Shown piece after piece: positions 37,931 to 46,692 of a stretch of DNA of 64,000 bases; position 1 is the stretch's first letter; the number at the start of each line of letters is the position of its first letter. The DNA is taken from positions 1 through 64,000 of the forward strand of contig JAZDIV010000043.1 of NCBI GenBank assembly GCA_043804695.1. The letters are read 5' to 3'. The stretch comes from PVC group bacterium. Lineage in GTDB: Bacteria > Auribacterota > Erginobacteria > Erginobacterales > Erginobacteraceae. A program made the translations under genes and the position numbers. Under the pieces are notes generated by a model that saw only the letters and a list, made by a program, of their open reading frames with translations, did not search any database and was not told the origin of the DNA.

Positions 37931-39037
37931 ATGAGTAACTATATCATGGTCGGAGCTGATGTCCATGACAAAGACATTTTGATAAAGGCGGCTCACAACC
38001 GCGGCAATCCGGTTCAGCAAACGTTCAATAACACTCCCGGCGGCAGAGAAAGAATGATAGCAGCGTTGCAGGAACAGGCAGAGGAAGCCGGTAATGCTAC
38101 TGTTGTTTTCGCGTATGAAGCATCGTTTCTCGGATTCGGCCTGTACGATCAGATGACCGATGCCAGGTTTGAGTGCCATGTGCTGACACCGACCAGAATT
38201 GCCCGATCGTCCACACACCGTAAGAGGAAAACCGATGCCAGGGATGCCGAAAGGCTCTTGGAGGTGATCCGAGGACATATCTTGGCCGGGAACGATCTGC
38301 CGTCGATCTGGATCCCCGATCTCCAGACCCGGGATGACCGGGAATTGGTTCGGATGCGTCTGGATGTCGGGAAAAAGATCACCTCGATTAAAAGTCAAAT
38401 ACTTGTCCTGCTGAAACGAAACAATTTCCGCAAGCCCGCAAAAACAGGAAGTAACTGGACCAAAAAACATCGTGTCTGGCTGGCTGAGAGCGCAAAACCG
38501 GAATCGGCTTTGCCAGGTGGTGCCCGGTGCGCGATGAACAGCCTGATGCGACAGCTGGAAGCATTGGAGCAAGAAATCGTCTATCTGGACAAGCACATCC
38601 AGGATCTCTCGGGTGCACCGCGCTATGCGGAACCGGTTCAGGAACTGAAAAAACTCAAGGGGGTGGGCACTCTGACCGCCATGGCGTACCTGACCGAGAT
38701 GGGTGACCTGAGCCGATTCAACAATCGGCGCCAGATCGGCGCGTTCCTGGGGCTGGTACCGTCGAGCTCGGAGAGCGGCCAGAAAGATGATCGCAAGGGA
38801 CATATTACCCATCAGGGCTCCGGTCGGGTCCGGAAGGTGCTCTGTCAGGCCTGCAGGTCGAGAATACGCAACGATCCTCATGAGAAGGATGTGTATGGCC
38901 GAATTGTTGAACATAACCCAAAGCATAAGAATATTGCGGTTGTTGCTTCAATGCGCCGCCTGGCAATAAAAATGTGGCACCAAGGACTCAAAGCCCAGAG
39001 CCGGGCCGGCTCTTTTGAGGCCGCTGTCAATGGTTAA
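37931..39037 (+). CDS. IS110-family DEDD recombinase/transposase
   Basis: GAGGA RBS; VGADVH (D), YEA (E), KTDARDA (DD), GVG..TA, GLVPSSSESG (catalytic Ser region), VA.MRRL. Confidence 0.95.
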   Translation: MSNYIMVGADVHDKDILIKAAHNRGNPVQQTFNNTPGGRERMIAALQEQAEEAGNATVVFAYEASFLGFGLYDQMTDARFECHVLTPTRIARSSTHRKRKTDARDAERLLEVIRGHILAGNDLPSIWIPDLQTRDDRELVRMRLDVGKKITSIKSQILVLLKRNNFRKPAKTGSNWTKKHRVWLAESAKPESALPGGARCAMNSLMRQLEALEQEIVYLDKHIQDLSGAPRYAEPVQELKKLKGVGTLTAMAYLTEMGDLSRFNNRRQIGAFLGLVPSSSESGQKDDRKGHITHQGSGRVRKVLCQACRSRIRNDPHEKDVYGRIVEHNPKHKNIAVVASMRRLAIKMWHQGLKAQSRAGSFEAAVNG

Positions 39038-39137
39038 CGCCGCATAACCCCGTAATCGGAAAGGAAGAATTCCTTAAATACAAAGTATTCATTGTAGCAG
39101 GAGGTAGCTCGTTCGTCTGGATCGCCGATATCAAAAT

Positions 39138-39256
39138 GAGGGGGTGAAAGACCGTTTGTGTCCTGGGCCGATACCGGCCCGTCACGAAGTTTAGTCCGCC
39201 CCCGGCGTTCAGATAAACTGATCTCTCCACAGGAGACGATCGAATAGCAGGATGCG
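39138..39256 (+). ncRNA. Predicted bridge RNA/seekRNA core: target-binding loop (39138-39203) and donor-binding loop (39205-39256)
   Basis: TTGTGTCCT-hairpin-GTCACGAAG matches both target halves; AACT-hairpin-ATAGCAG matches the circle junction. Exact RNA ends are unknown. Confidence 0.82.
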
Positions 39257-39297
39257 CGACTTCGGCGAACCCAGCTAAAACCTGTTGCGATTTTTTC

Positions 39298-39303
39298 TTG
39301 ACT
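39298..39303 (+). promoter_or_regulatory. -35 half (TTGACT) of the IS circle-junction promoter; -10 half TACCAT at 37816-37821
   Basis: Joined ends read TTGACT-ggtatctacatagcagt(17)-TACCAT. Confidence 0.78.
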
Positions 39304-39350
39304 GGTATCTACATAGCAGGACACGAAGTTTTTATAAAATAAGCTACGTT

Positions 39351-40475
39351 CTATGGTTCTCTTATTTTCATAGAAATAAGCTCCCGGTACATCTGATCAT
39401 ACTTCCTCGCCGTCTCCCCGATCGACCAGGACCGGGTCCTCTTTTCAGCAGCGGCCGCGCGGGAACGGGCAGACTCCGGATCAGCAAGGAGATCTCTTAA
39501 TGCCTTTGCCTGCGCGGCCGTGTCTCGCGGGTCGGCCAGAATGGCGGTGTTCCCGTCGAGAATCTCCCGGTGAGCGGGGATGTCCGAGACCAGGAGAGGG
39601 CAACCGCAGGCCATGGCTTCCATCACGGTATTTGGCATTCCTTCGTAATCACTCAGGTTGATAAGGAGATCTGCGCTCTTCATCATTCCCCAGATTGTTT
39701 CCGTCTTTAAAAACCCGCAGAACTTCACCCGGCCTTCAACCCCCCGTCTTCGGGCCAGGGCCTGCAGTTCATTCAGATCTTCTCCTTCACCACAGATAAA
39801 GGCGATCGTGCGTGACTCGGGGTCGAGAGCCGCGATCGCGTTGACGATACGTTCCACACGTTTCTGCCGGGTGAGTCTTCCGGCGTAAAGAACGAAACCT
39901 TGATCTTCTTCTAACCCCAGCTCCTGCCTGCCGATCGGCCGGACCCGGTCAATCTCCTCAAAAGGGAGACTGTTAGAAATGACGCTTCTCAGCTTGTCCG
40001 GATAGAGAGAGCGCCAGTAATCGTCGCCCCCGGCCGAGTTGGAGACGACGGCATTAGCCTTCGTCCCTATCAGAGCGCGGAGCTTTGCCTTCCAGCCGTA
40101 CCGGTATGAATCGCCAGCGTTAGACTCGCGGATGATCCACCGCCCGGCATTGAGAACAGCCGCAATTCCTCCCATAATGTCAGTCTGGGGATTCCAGGTC
40201 TGGATAATATCCGGCCGTACCCGGCGGATCAGCCGGTAGAGTTGAAAGATGAGGCGGGGATCGTAGTTGCTCCTCCCCTTCAGCCGGTGGAGGCTAACAT
40301 GCCGGCTCCAGCCCGGGGGCGGATCTCCTTTATCCCCGAGCGTGACAACGAGGACTTCATAATTGAGTTCCGCCAGACCGTGCGAGAGATACCCCAGCTG
40401 CCGCTCGGCGCCCCCGGATTGAAGCCGGGGGATGACCATCAGAATTCGGAGGGGCCTGTGTATATCCCTATTCAT
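39351..40475 (-). CDS. GT4 glycosyltransferase
   Basis: GGAERQ, AGRLTRQK, SDYEGMPNTVMEAMACG. Confidence 0.9.
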   Translation of the reverse strand: MNRDIHRPLRILMVIPRLQSGGAERQLGYLSHGLAELNYEVLVVTLGDKGDPPPGWSRHVSLHRLKGRSNYDPRLIFQLYRLIRRVRPDIIQTWNPQTDIMGGIAAVLNAGRWIIRESNAGDSYRYGWKAKLRALIGTKANAVVSNSAGGDDYWRSLYPDKLRSVISNSLPFEEIDRVRPIGRQELGLEEDQGFVLYAGRLTRQKRVERIVNAIAALDPESRTIAFICGEGEDLNELQALARRRGVEGRVKFCGFLKTETIWGMMKSADLLINLSDYEGMPNTVMEAMACGCPLLVSDIPAHREILDGNTAILADPRDTAAQAKALRDLLADPESARSRAAAAEKRTRSWSIGETARKYDQMYRELISMKIREP

Positions 40476-41832
40476 GTGCGAAGGTCATTGGAATTTGTTT
40501 GTTATTTGTTACTTGAGATTTGTGATTTTCCGCAAGGTATGTCTGGGTAAAGGCGATGATACCTAGGGCCAGAAAAACCGTCCGTTCCCCGAGTATGCTG
40601 CCGGTTACCCCATAGACGGCCAGGGCCGCCAGCAGGCCGAGCATGACCGCGTTCTCCATCCCCGGCGCCCGCGGCGAGGCCAGGCTGATTCCCCGCCCGA
40701 TGAAAGCCCAGAGGGCCGCCAGGAAAAGAAGCAAGCCCACGATCCCGAACTCGACCAGGAGCTGGAGATATGTCTGATGCGGAATGACCGGACCTTCCGA
40801 ATCGGAGGTATATGTTTCCCGGACTGCCTCGATCGATCGATCGAGTCCGAGCCCGAGGAAAAAATATCGTTTCCCCTCCCGCAGATAATCGGACCAGATA
40901 TCCCGCCGCATCGACCAGTTGCTCTCCTGGATGTTTTCCACGGAGAGGCGACCGGGCATGGTCTGGATGATCGAGCCGGGCAGCAAGCCGATGGCGGCCA
41001 GTAACAGACAGCAAAGACCAACCGCCCAGCGCAGTTTTTTCAGGAGGGGGAGATAATAGGTAATTACCAACCCCCCGCAGGCGAAAGCAAACAGGGTATT
41101 CCGGGAGACCGAAGCCAGCATCCCATAGATTCCCGCCAGGACGAAAAAAAGGCCGGCAGCCTTGCCCCTCCATCCGACCCCTCTTCCCAGGAAAACGGAA
41201 AGATTAAGGAAACAACAGACCAGGCCGGTTATCCCAAGAGCATTCGGGCTCAAAAAACCGCCGGTCGCCCGGGCGAACCCCTGGATAGCGTCGACCGTTT
41301 CATGGCCTCCCAGAAAAATCGAGAAGACAAACCCGAGCCCGTAAGCCAGGGAAAAAAGACAGAGTTCCCAGCGGTTCTTTAATAGCGAACTGACGGCGTA
41401 GGCCAGGAGCGAGAAGAGAAAGAAACGCACGACCATGATCCCGTGGGAGGGGGCATAAAGGTAATACTCGGCCTGGTTGTACATCACCCCCGTGTAGCCG
41501 AAAGTAAAATCTCCCGGAAAGAGAAAAAGGTAACCGACAACGGTATGTATCAGCACAAAAATAAGGAAGAGGTTATACGGCAGGGGGAACGCCCGGAAGC
41601 GCTGGCGCCCCAGGATTAGCCAGTAGATGACCAATGCCAGGGCAAAGACAGGGAAGATGCGTGAGAGGTTGAGACTGGTGGTGACCTTCTGAAGGCCCGG
41701 TCCCCAGGAAATAAAAAAAGCAACCCCGAGCAGAAGCACCAGCCTGATCGGTTCTGGCGATCGGGTTGTGATCCGGGAGCGAGGTCGTGATGTGCCTTGT
41801 TCCTGCCGTTTGCCGGTATCTGTAGATATCAT
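40468..41832 (-). CDS. O-antigen ligase / Wzy polymerase family membrane protein
   Basis: RATGGFLSPN, SVSR, R..IW, GLG, PHQTYLQLLVEFGIVG. Confidence 0.82.
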   Translation of the reverse strand: MISTDTGKRQEQGTSRPRSRITTRSPEPIRLVLLLGVAFFISWGPGLQKVTTSLNLSRIFPVFALALVIYWLILGRQRFRAFPLPYNLFLIFVLIHTVVGYLFLFPGDFTFGYTGVMYNQAEYYLYAPSHGIMVVRFFLFSLLAYAVSSLLKNRWELCLFSLAYGLGFVFSIFLGGHETVDAIQGFARATGGFLSPNALGITGLVCCFLNLSVFLGRGVGWRGKAAGLFFVLAGIYGMLASVSRNTLFAFACGGLVITYYLPLLKKLRWAVGLCCLLLAAIGLLPGSIIQTMPGRLSVENIQESNWSMRRDIWSDYLREGKRYFFLGLGLDRSIEAVRETYTSDSEGPVIPHQTYLQLLVEFGIVGLLLFLAALWAFIGRGISLASPRAPGMENAVMLGLLAALAVYGVTGSILGERTVFLALGIIAFTQTYLAENHKSQVTNNKQIPMTFAHE

Positions 41833-41935
41833 TTTAAAATGGTAAAAGGAGATCTACCATTTTGTCGAGACCTTTTAAAGGTAATACCCGATATCTGTAC
41901 GATTACCCACCCACCGTCGTATAACGAGCAGCTAA

Positions 41936-41992
41936 TATTAATCCGGACTCCAGGTGAAAATAGTAGATTTTCACCTGGAGTCCGGATTAATA
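41936..41992. repeat. Perfect 26-bp-stem hairpin at the ATP-grasp stop codon
   Basis: TATTAATCCGGACTCCAGGTGAAAAT-agtag-ATTTTCACCTGGAGTCCGGATTAATA. Confidence 0.85.
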
Positions 41993-43063
41993 GTCCAGTT
42001 CCGGCTGTTCCAGATCGGGCAACTTCAATGCATCGACGAGGTGAAGATACTCCGGCCAGAAATGTCCTTCATTCAGATGAAGGAACCGGTCGAAGTACCC
42101 CGGGCAGTCGAAGATGGCCCGCGGTTGGAACGTGTAGCTGATCTCACAGAAGACAGGCTCATTATCCGGGGTGAAGAGAAAATCGTAGGCCATCGACTGG
42201 AACTTCATTTCCCGGGAGATCCTGAAGGCGATCTCAACACAGCGAAGATCGACCCTGCCCAGGTCGTAATCGATCATCCCGCTCCCGGAGGCGCGGAAGT
42301 CGTTGGGCCGGGTGAAGCGGCGGAAGATAAATGCCCTCTCCCCGATGACGGTGACCCGCGTATCGAACCGGTTGCCGGGGATAAAGTCCTGGAAGAGGAT
42401 GTAATTTTTGTGAAGACGCCAGAAGGGAGAGACGTCGAGACTTTTCCAGCGCCGGCAGAGGTTCCCGGCCCGGTGGTGGAGTTCACGGTAGAGGCTGAAG
42501 TGACGGAACCGGACACTCCCGGCATGGATGAACTTTTCCGGGAGGATCCCGCGCCCGAACATCCGTTTGATCAGCTTCCGGGCTTGCCGCCGGTCTTCCA
42601 CCATGATCACGTTCTGTGAGCCGGCTCCGCCCCGGAGCTTGAAGACGACCGGAAAATCCGCCCGGCCGGCCCAGTTGAGGGCGGCGCCCCTCTCCCGGAA
42701 AATATGGCTCTCCACCATCGGGAAACCGAAGGGCTTGAGAAGGAAGTACTGTCTCACCTTGTCATCGGAATGCCAGCAGGTATTCAGGTCGGGGAAACAT
42801 TTTATTTTCAGGTTTTCCTCAATAACGGGCAGGAGATCGAGGGCAATCTGGCGGTCGGAGTCCCACTGGCTCCAGCGCAGGATGAAAAGGTCGAAATCCC
42901 GGATCGCATCCCAAAAATCGGGCTGGGAGTCTTCCAGCCGGACAAACGCAATCCCGTTGTGGGCGAGAATCTTTTCGTACGCCGTGTTGACGGCACAATA
43001 TTTCCCGTTGGGATCACTCGTCCGGTAGATGCCGACCTTTAAATTTTCCCGCCGTGCTCTCAC
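41987..43063 (-). CDS. ATP-grasp (RimK-like) protein
   Basis: DDK..Q, FPVVFKLRGGAGSQNV, FQDFIP..FDTRV, DFRASGSG, AYDFL..CEISY. Confidence 0.82.
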   Translation of the reverse strand: MRARRENLKVGIYRTSDPNGKYCAVNTAYEKILAHNGIAFVRLEDSQPDFWDAIRDFDLFILRWSQWDSDRQIALDLLPVIEENLKIKCFPDLNTCWHSDDKVRQYFLLKPFGFPMVESHIFRERGAALNWAGRADFPVVFKLRGGAGSQNVIMVEDRRQARKLIKRMFGRGILPEKFIHAGSVRFRHFSLYRELHHRAGNLCRRWKSLDVSPFWRLHKNYILFQDFIPGNRFDTRVTVIGERAFIFRRFTRPNDFRASGSGMIDYDLGRVDLRCVEIAFRISREMKFQSMAYDFLFTPDNEPVFCEISYTFQPRAIFDCPGYFDRFLHLNEGHFWPEYLHLVDALKLPDLEQPELDY

Positions 43064-43065
43064 AT

Positions 43066-44301
43066 TTAATTTTCTTCCGGGGCCGGCCGGCCCGGATCCG
43101 CCCGCCAGCCCAGGGCTACCTGGTCGCCGTGCTGCCGCTGGTTTTCCCGGTCATAAAGAATTGTATGCATGTTGTACGGGATCGGTTGGGCCTCAATCTC
43201 GTCCGAGACAAGAACACACTCTCCTTCCGGCCATGCCCGGGTGGGGGGATAGGGCCGGAACGTCCATTCCTCACTCCTCTTCCCCAGTTTCTTCCGCTCC
43301 TCCGAGAGAAGATCCCGGTGATTCTCATCCACCACCCCGTAGAGAGCGATCAGGCAGTCGTGTTCGAGGGGACGATTGACATGAAAAAGGTAATCGACCC
43401 GGTATTGATTCTCGCCGATTTGCCGATAATCAAAGGCCACCAGGTCGGCTTCCTCGCAGATTATTCCCAAAGGCGCGGTCTTCTCAAGCAATTCGGAGGC
43501 CTTCCTCTTGAAGGCCTCCTGCGCGGCCGGCAGGTTCTCGCAGTCGCCTTTCAGCCGATAGAGATCGATCAGGCTGTTGGTCCGGCGGATGCTGTCGAGA
43601 AGGACGCTCTCGGTAATCCCCCGTCGCCAGCCCAGCTGAACCGTGTCCCCGTACTGCCCGGGTTTCCGGGTCGGGGCATAGAAGTTCATCGACATGTTAT
43701 ACGGTATGGCTGGCGAGATAAACGTCTGCGAAAGAAGGAGGTACTCCCCCGGCTGCCAGGCCGTGGTGGGCGGCGCGGGGTGAAGGGTCCAGACCTCGCT
43801 TTTTTTATCGGCCGCTCTCCTCTTTTTCGAGAGGCGGTCAAGATGCTCGGGAGCGACCGCTCCGTTAAGAGCAATTCTGAGATCGGTCCGGAACGGCTGG
43901 TTGACCTTGAAGAGGTAATCAGCTCGGTACCGGTCGGGGCCGATCTTCCGGTAATCGAAGGCGAGCAGGTCGGCCTCGGGACAGGGACTGCCCACGGGGG
44001 TTTGATCGGCCAGGAGCTGCTGGAGGTGCTTCTCCATGGCGTTTTGTACCCTGGTCGAACCCCCGCCACTCCGGCTATATTCTTCCTGCATCCGGCAGAT
44101 GGTGATAAGGTCACTCACGGAATTGATCCGGGCAATCAGAGCGTCATCGCTCAGCGCTTCTCCCGTATCCGTGGCTTGAAACCAGCCCGGATCTTCGGGA
44201 GATCTGGAACATCCGGTGATGCAGAGGAACGCGGCGGCGGCGATCAGCAAAAGCAGTGCTCCGCTTATGCTCCCGTTAAACAATGAAGGTCTTCTCACCA
44301 T
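43066..44301 (-). CDS. Lipoprotein with two tandem repeats (paralog of 27394..28581)
   Basis: Lipobox CITGC; EADL.AFDYR.IG...YR.DYLF.VN.P...PPT.AW..GE...IPYNM...GD.V.LGWR occurs twice. Confidence 0.65.
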   Translation of the reverse strand: MVRRPSLFNGSISGALLLLIAAAAFLCITGCSRSPEDPGWFQATDTGEALSDDALIARINSVSDLITICRMQEEYSRSGGGSTRVQNAMEKHLQQLLADQTPVGSPCPEADLLAFDYRKIGPDRYRADYLFKVNQPFRTDLRIALNGAVAPEHLDRLSKKRRAADKKSEVWTLHPAPPTTAWQPGEYLLLSQTFISPAIPYNMSMNFYAPTRKPGQYGDTVQLGWRRGITESVLLDSIRRTNSLIDLYRLKGDCENLPAAQEAFKRKASELLEKTAPLGIICEEADLVAFDYRQIGENQYRVDYLFHVNRPLEHDCLIALYGVVDENHRDLLSEERKKLGKRSEEWTFRPYPPTRAWPEGECVLVSDEIEAQPIPYNMHTILYDRENQRQHGDQVALGWRADPGRPAPEEN

Positions 44302-44399
44302 AACACCTCTTATCCCATGTTATTCGTATTCGTGATCCCACGGTAAATTATCTTTATATTTCAGCCCGTGTCAATCTCCCTGTTCTTGACAAATACGTT

Positions 44400-46568
44400 T
44401 CATGACGGCGAAGGATCCGGGTCCCGAGGGGCCGACCTCGTCCGGAAAACCCAGATATCGCCGTTCACCTCTCCGTACCGGCCCAACGCCCGCACCCGCC
44501 AGAGATAGGTGGTCCCCGGGGAGAGCCTCTTTACCGGCCGGGCGCGACTTTTCTCCAGCCCGGCCAGTGTCGGATAGTCGGGCTCTTCTTCCCCGACTTT
44601 CCAGAGGAAGAAATCATACGAGGTGGCGGCGTTGCAGTCAGCCCAGTCGAAAAGATGGTCATCCGGGGGGACTCCGGATTCCCGGTTCCCCGGTGATGGT
44701 GAAGACGGCTTCGTCACCAGGTTCCGGTTCATCCCTTCCCAGATCACATTGCCTTCCGGTCCCCGGCCTTCATACTGGTAGAGGCGGATCAGTGTCTGAC
44801 AGAAGTAGGGGGCATGGGGATTGTAGCCGAATGTTTTTACGCCCCGTTCCAGGAGGGCCCGGGCCCGGTCCAGGTCCTGCCGATGGAGGGCGATCTCGGC
44901 CAGGTAGGTCAGGCTGGTCCGGTCGCCGGGATGAAGATCCAGTGCCCGGCGGGCAAATTTCTCCGCGATGTCGTAATCTTTCAAGCTCATGGCCAGCTCC
45001 GCGAACTGGTAACAGGAGATGTGCCTCATGTTGGCGTCGAAGAGCATCGTCGGGAGCACCCGGTCGGCCAACCAGTTAAACCGGTTCTGGACCCGGAGCC
45101 GGTCGTACAGTCCCTCTTTCCGGACGTATTCCCGGGTCGGGGCGGCGTAGCGATCCGGGTTATCGAGTACTTCCTGATACGCGAGAACTTTCATTATCTC
45201 TTCGCGTTCCTTCCGCAGCTCCCGGTCCCCCCGGATCGTATATCCGACCGCCGCCGCGAAGAGAAAAAGCCACAGGGCGGCCAGGTAATTGAGCCCCCGC
45301 GCCGCCGGAGCCGGGAACCGGATCCGCAGTACCGGCCTCGCCGTCGGAAGACTGTTGAGGAGGGCAGCCACGCCGGCCAGCCAGATCTGGGTACTGACCT
45401 TTTCCGATGTGAACGTGGTGAACTGCATGACGGTAATACCGACCACGGACGCCCCGGCCGCCAGGATCACCCCCCTCCCCCTTCCTTTCCAGGCCAGCCG
45501 GAGAAGGAGGAAGAAGGTCAGCGCAAAGAGCAGTGCTCCCGGAATCCCGAGGTCGACATACGCCTGCAGATAATCATTGTGAACCTCCCAGTTCAGAGTA
45601 TTGACTTTATCCTGGAGGAGACGGGGGGTGGAGACGATGGGGAAGTTGCCGAAACCGGCGCCGAGTAGGGGATCGGTAATCCCGAGACAGGGGCGCCAGT
45701 AAAAGAACCGCTGCTGGGGGTTGAGAAGAGTCCCGGCCGCCTGGGCAAAGCTGAGTTTGCCCTTGAAGGTACTCTCCCCTCCGATCGGAAGACCGACCGA
45801 ATAAGCGATCAGGAGGGAGGCGAAAACCGGCACGACCAGGACGGCCAGCTTTTTTTTATGGACAAGCATCATGCGGTATCCGCCGGCGGCAAGATAGATC
45901 AGCCCGGCCAGCAGACCGACCCAGGCTCCCCGGGTCTTGGCCAGAAGGAGAAAAGTAACGCTGAAGATAATGGCGAGGAAAGGGATGGCGGCGCCCGGTC
46001 CCTTCCGCCGGAGAAAATACCCGAGAAGAAAGGGAAACGTCACCATCAGGTACATGCAGGCGTAATTCCGCGACCCCAGCGTGGCCCGGGGAACCGCCGT
46101 TCCGGGCAGTCCGTTGATAACGGGGAAAGCGGGGAAAAAATACTGCAGGATCCCGATCGCCGACACCAGGCCGGCCAGAATGCAGAAAGCCGTCCAGAAT
46201 ATTTCAGAATTCCAGAAGCGCGTCCTGCGTGCCAGCAGGTACGCCAGGGTGGGTAGCAGGAGCGCCAGCCAGCGTTCAAACCCGACCCGGGGAGAGGGGG
46301 CCCAAATGAGTGAGAGAAGCGCCCATCCCAGATACGCCAGCCAGACCGCCCCCAGGAGGGTGAGGTTGAAGATGTTAGGCATCCGCGGCGGCAGCAGGGC
46401 CAGGCCGATTCCGACCGTCACCGCCGCCCAGAAAGCTTTGGGCAGGTAATTCCCCGACATCATGTCCGGAAGACAGGCCAGAACGACGAGCGAAACCAAC
46501 AGCCAGATTACCGCGCCCGGGAGAGATGAGGAAGATGCCGATGATGGCTTTCTATCCAGCATTGACAT
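44400..46568 (-). CDS. O-antigen ligase-like protein fused to TPR and C-terminal FN3-like domain
   Basis: ATLGSRN, KTRGAW, GAGFGNF, VHNDYLQ..DLGIPG; TPR-like helices; LSPGTTYLWRVRA...GDIWVFRT. Confidence 0.78.
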   Translation of the reverse strand: MSMLDRKPSSASSSSLPGAVIWLLVSLVVLACLPDMMSGNYLPKAFWAAVTVGIGLALLPPRMPNIFNLTLLGAVWLAYLGWALLSLIWAPSPRVGFERWLALLLPTLAYLLARRTRFWNSEIFWTAFCILAGLVSAIGILQYFFPAFPVINGLPGTAVPRATLGSRNYACMYLMVTFPFLLGYFLRRKGPGAAIPFLAIIFSVTFLLLAKTRGAWVGLLAGLIYLAAGGYRMMLVHKKKLAVLVVPVFASLLIAYSVGLPIGGESTFKGKLSFAQAAGTLLNPQQRFFYWRPCLGITDPLLGAGFGNFPIVSTPRLLQDKVNTLNWEVHNDYLQAYVDLGIPGALLFALTFFLLLRLAWKGRGRGVILAAGASVVGITVMQFTTFTSEKVSTQIWLAGVAALLNSLPTARPVLRIRFPAPAARGLNYLAALWLFLFAAAVGYTIRGDRELRKEREEIMKVLAYQEVLDNPDRYAAPTREYVRKEGLYDRLRVQNRFNWLADRVLPTMLFDANMRHISCYQFAELAMSLKDYDIAEKFARRALDLHPGDRTSLTYLAEIALHRQDLDRARALLERGVKTFGYNPHAPYFCQTLIRLYQYEGRGPEGNVIWEGMNRNLVTKPSSPSPGNRESGVPPDDHLFDWADCNAATSYDFFLWKVGEEEPDYPTLAGLEKSRARPVKRLSPGTTYLWRVRALGRYGEVNGDIWVFRTRSAPRDPDPSPS

Positions 46569-46594
46569 TTAGAGAGCTTTGTGCTCCACGCCAT

Positions 46595-46688
46595 CTTTAG
46601 GCACTTTAGGCACTTTAGGCACTTTAGGCACTTTAGGCACTTTAGGCACTTTAGGCACTTTAGGCACTTTAGGCACTTTAGGCACTTT
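46595..46688. repeat. Perfect tandem repeat (CTTTAGGCA)x10 plus CTTT
   Basis: Ten identical 9-mers at 46595-46684, between the Wzz-like gene and the ligase gene. Confidence 0.97.
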
Positions 46689-46692
46689 CCAC

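Larger units (their letters stand above)
37815..39319 (+). mobile_element. Complete IS110-family insertion sequence (IS1111-type), ~1.5 kb, AG core at both junctions (37813-14 and 39318-19)
   Basis: Sub-terminal IRs ATGTAGA (37820-26) and TCTACAT (39308-14). Removal restores the repeat AACCACGAAGGACACGAAG. Circularisation creates TTGACT-N17-TACCAT. Confidence 0.92.

Noticed and set aside
37862..38926. 354-aa ORF antisense to the IS110 recombinase
   Set aside because: Fully overlaps a well-supported gene and has no recognisable motifs.
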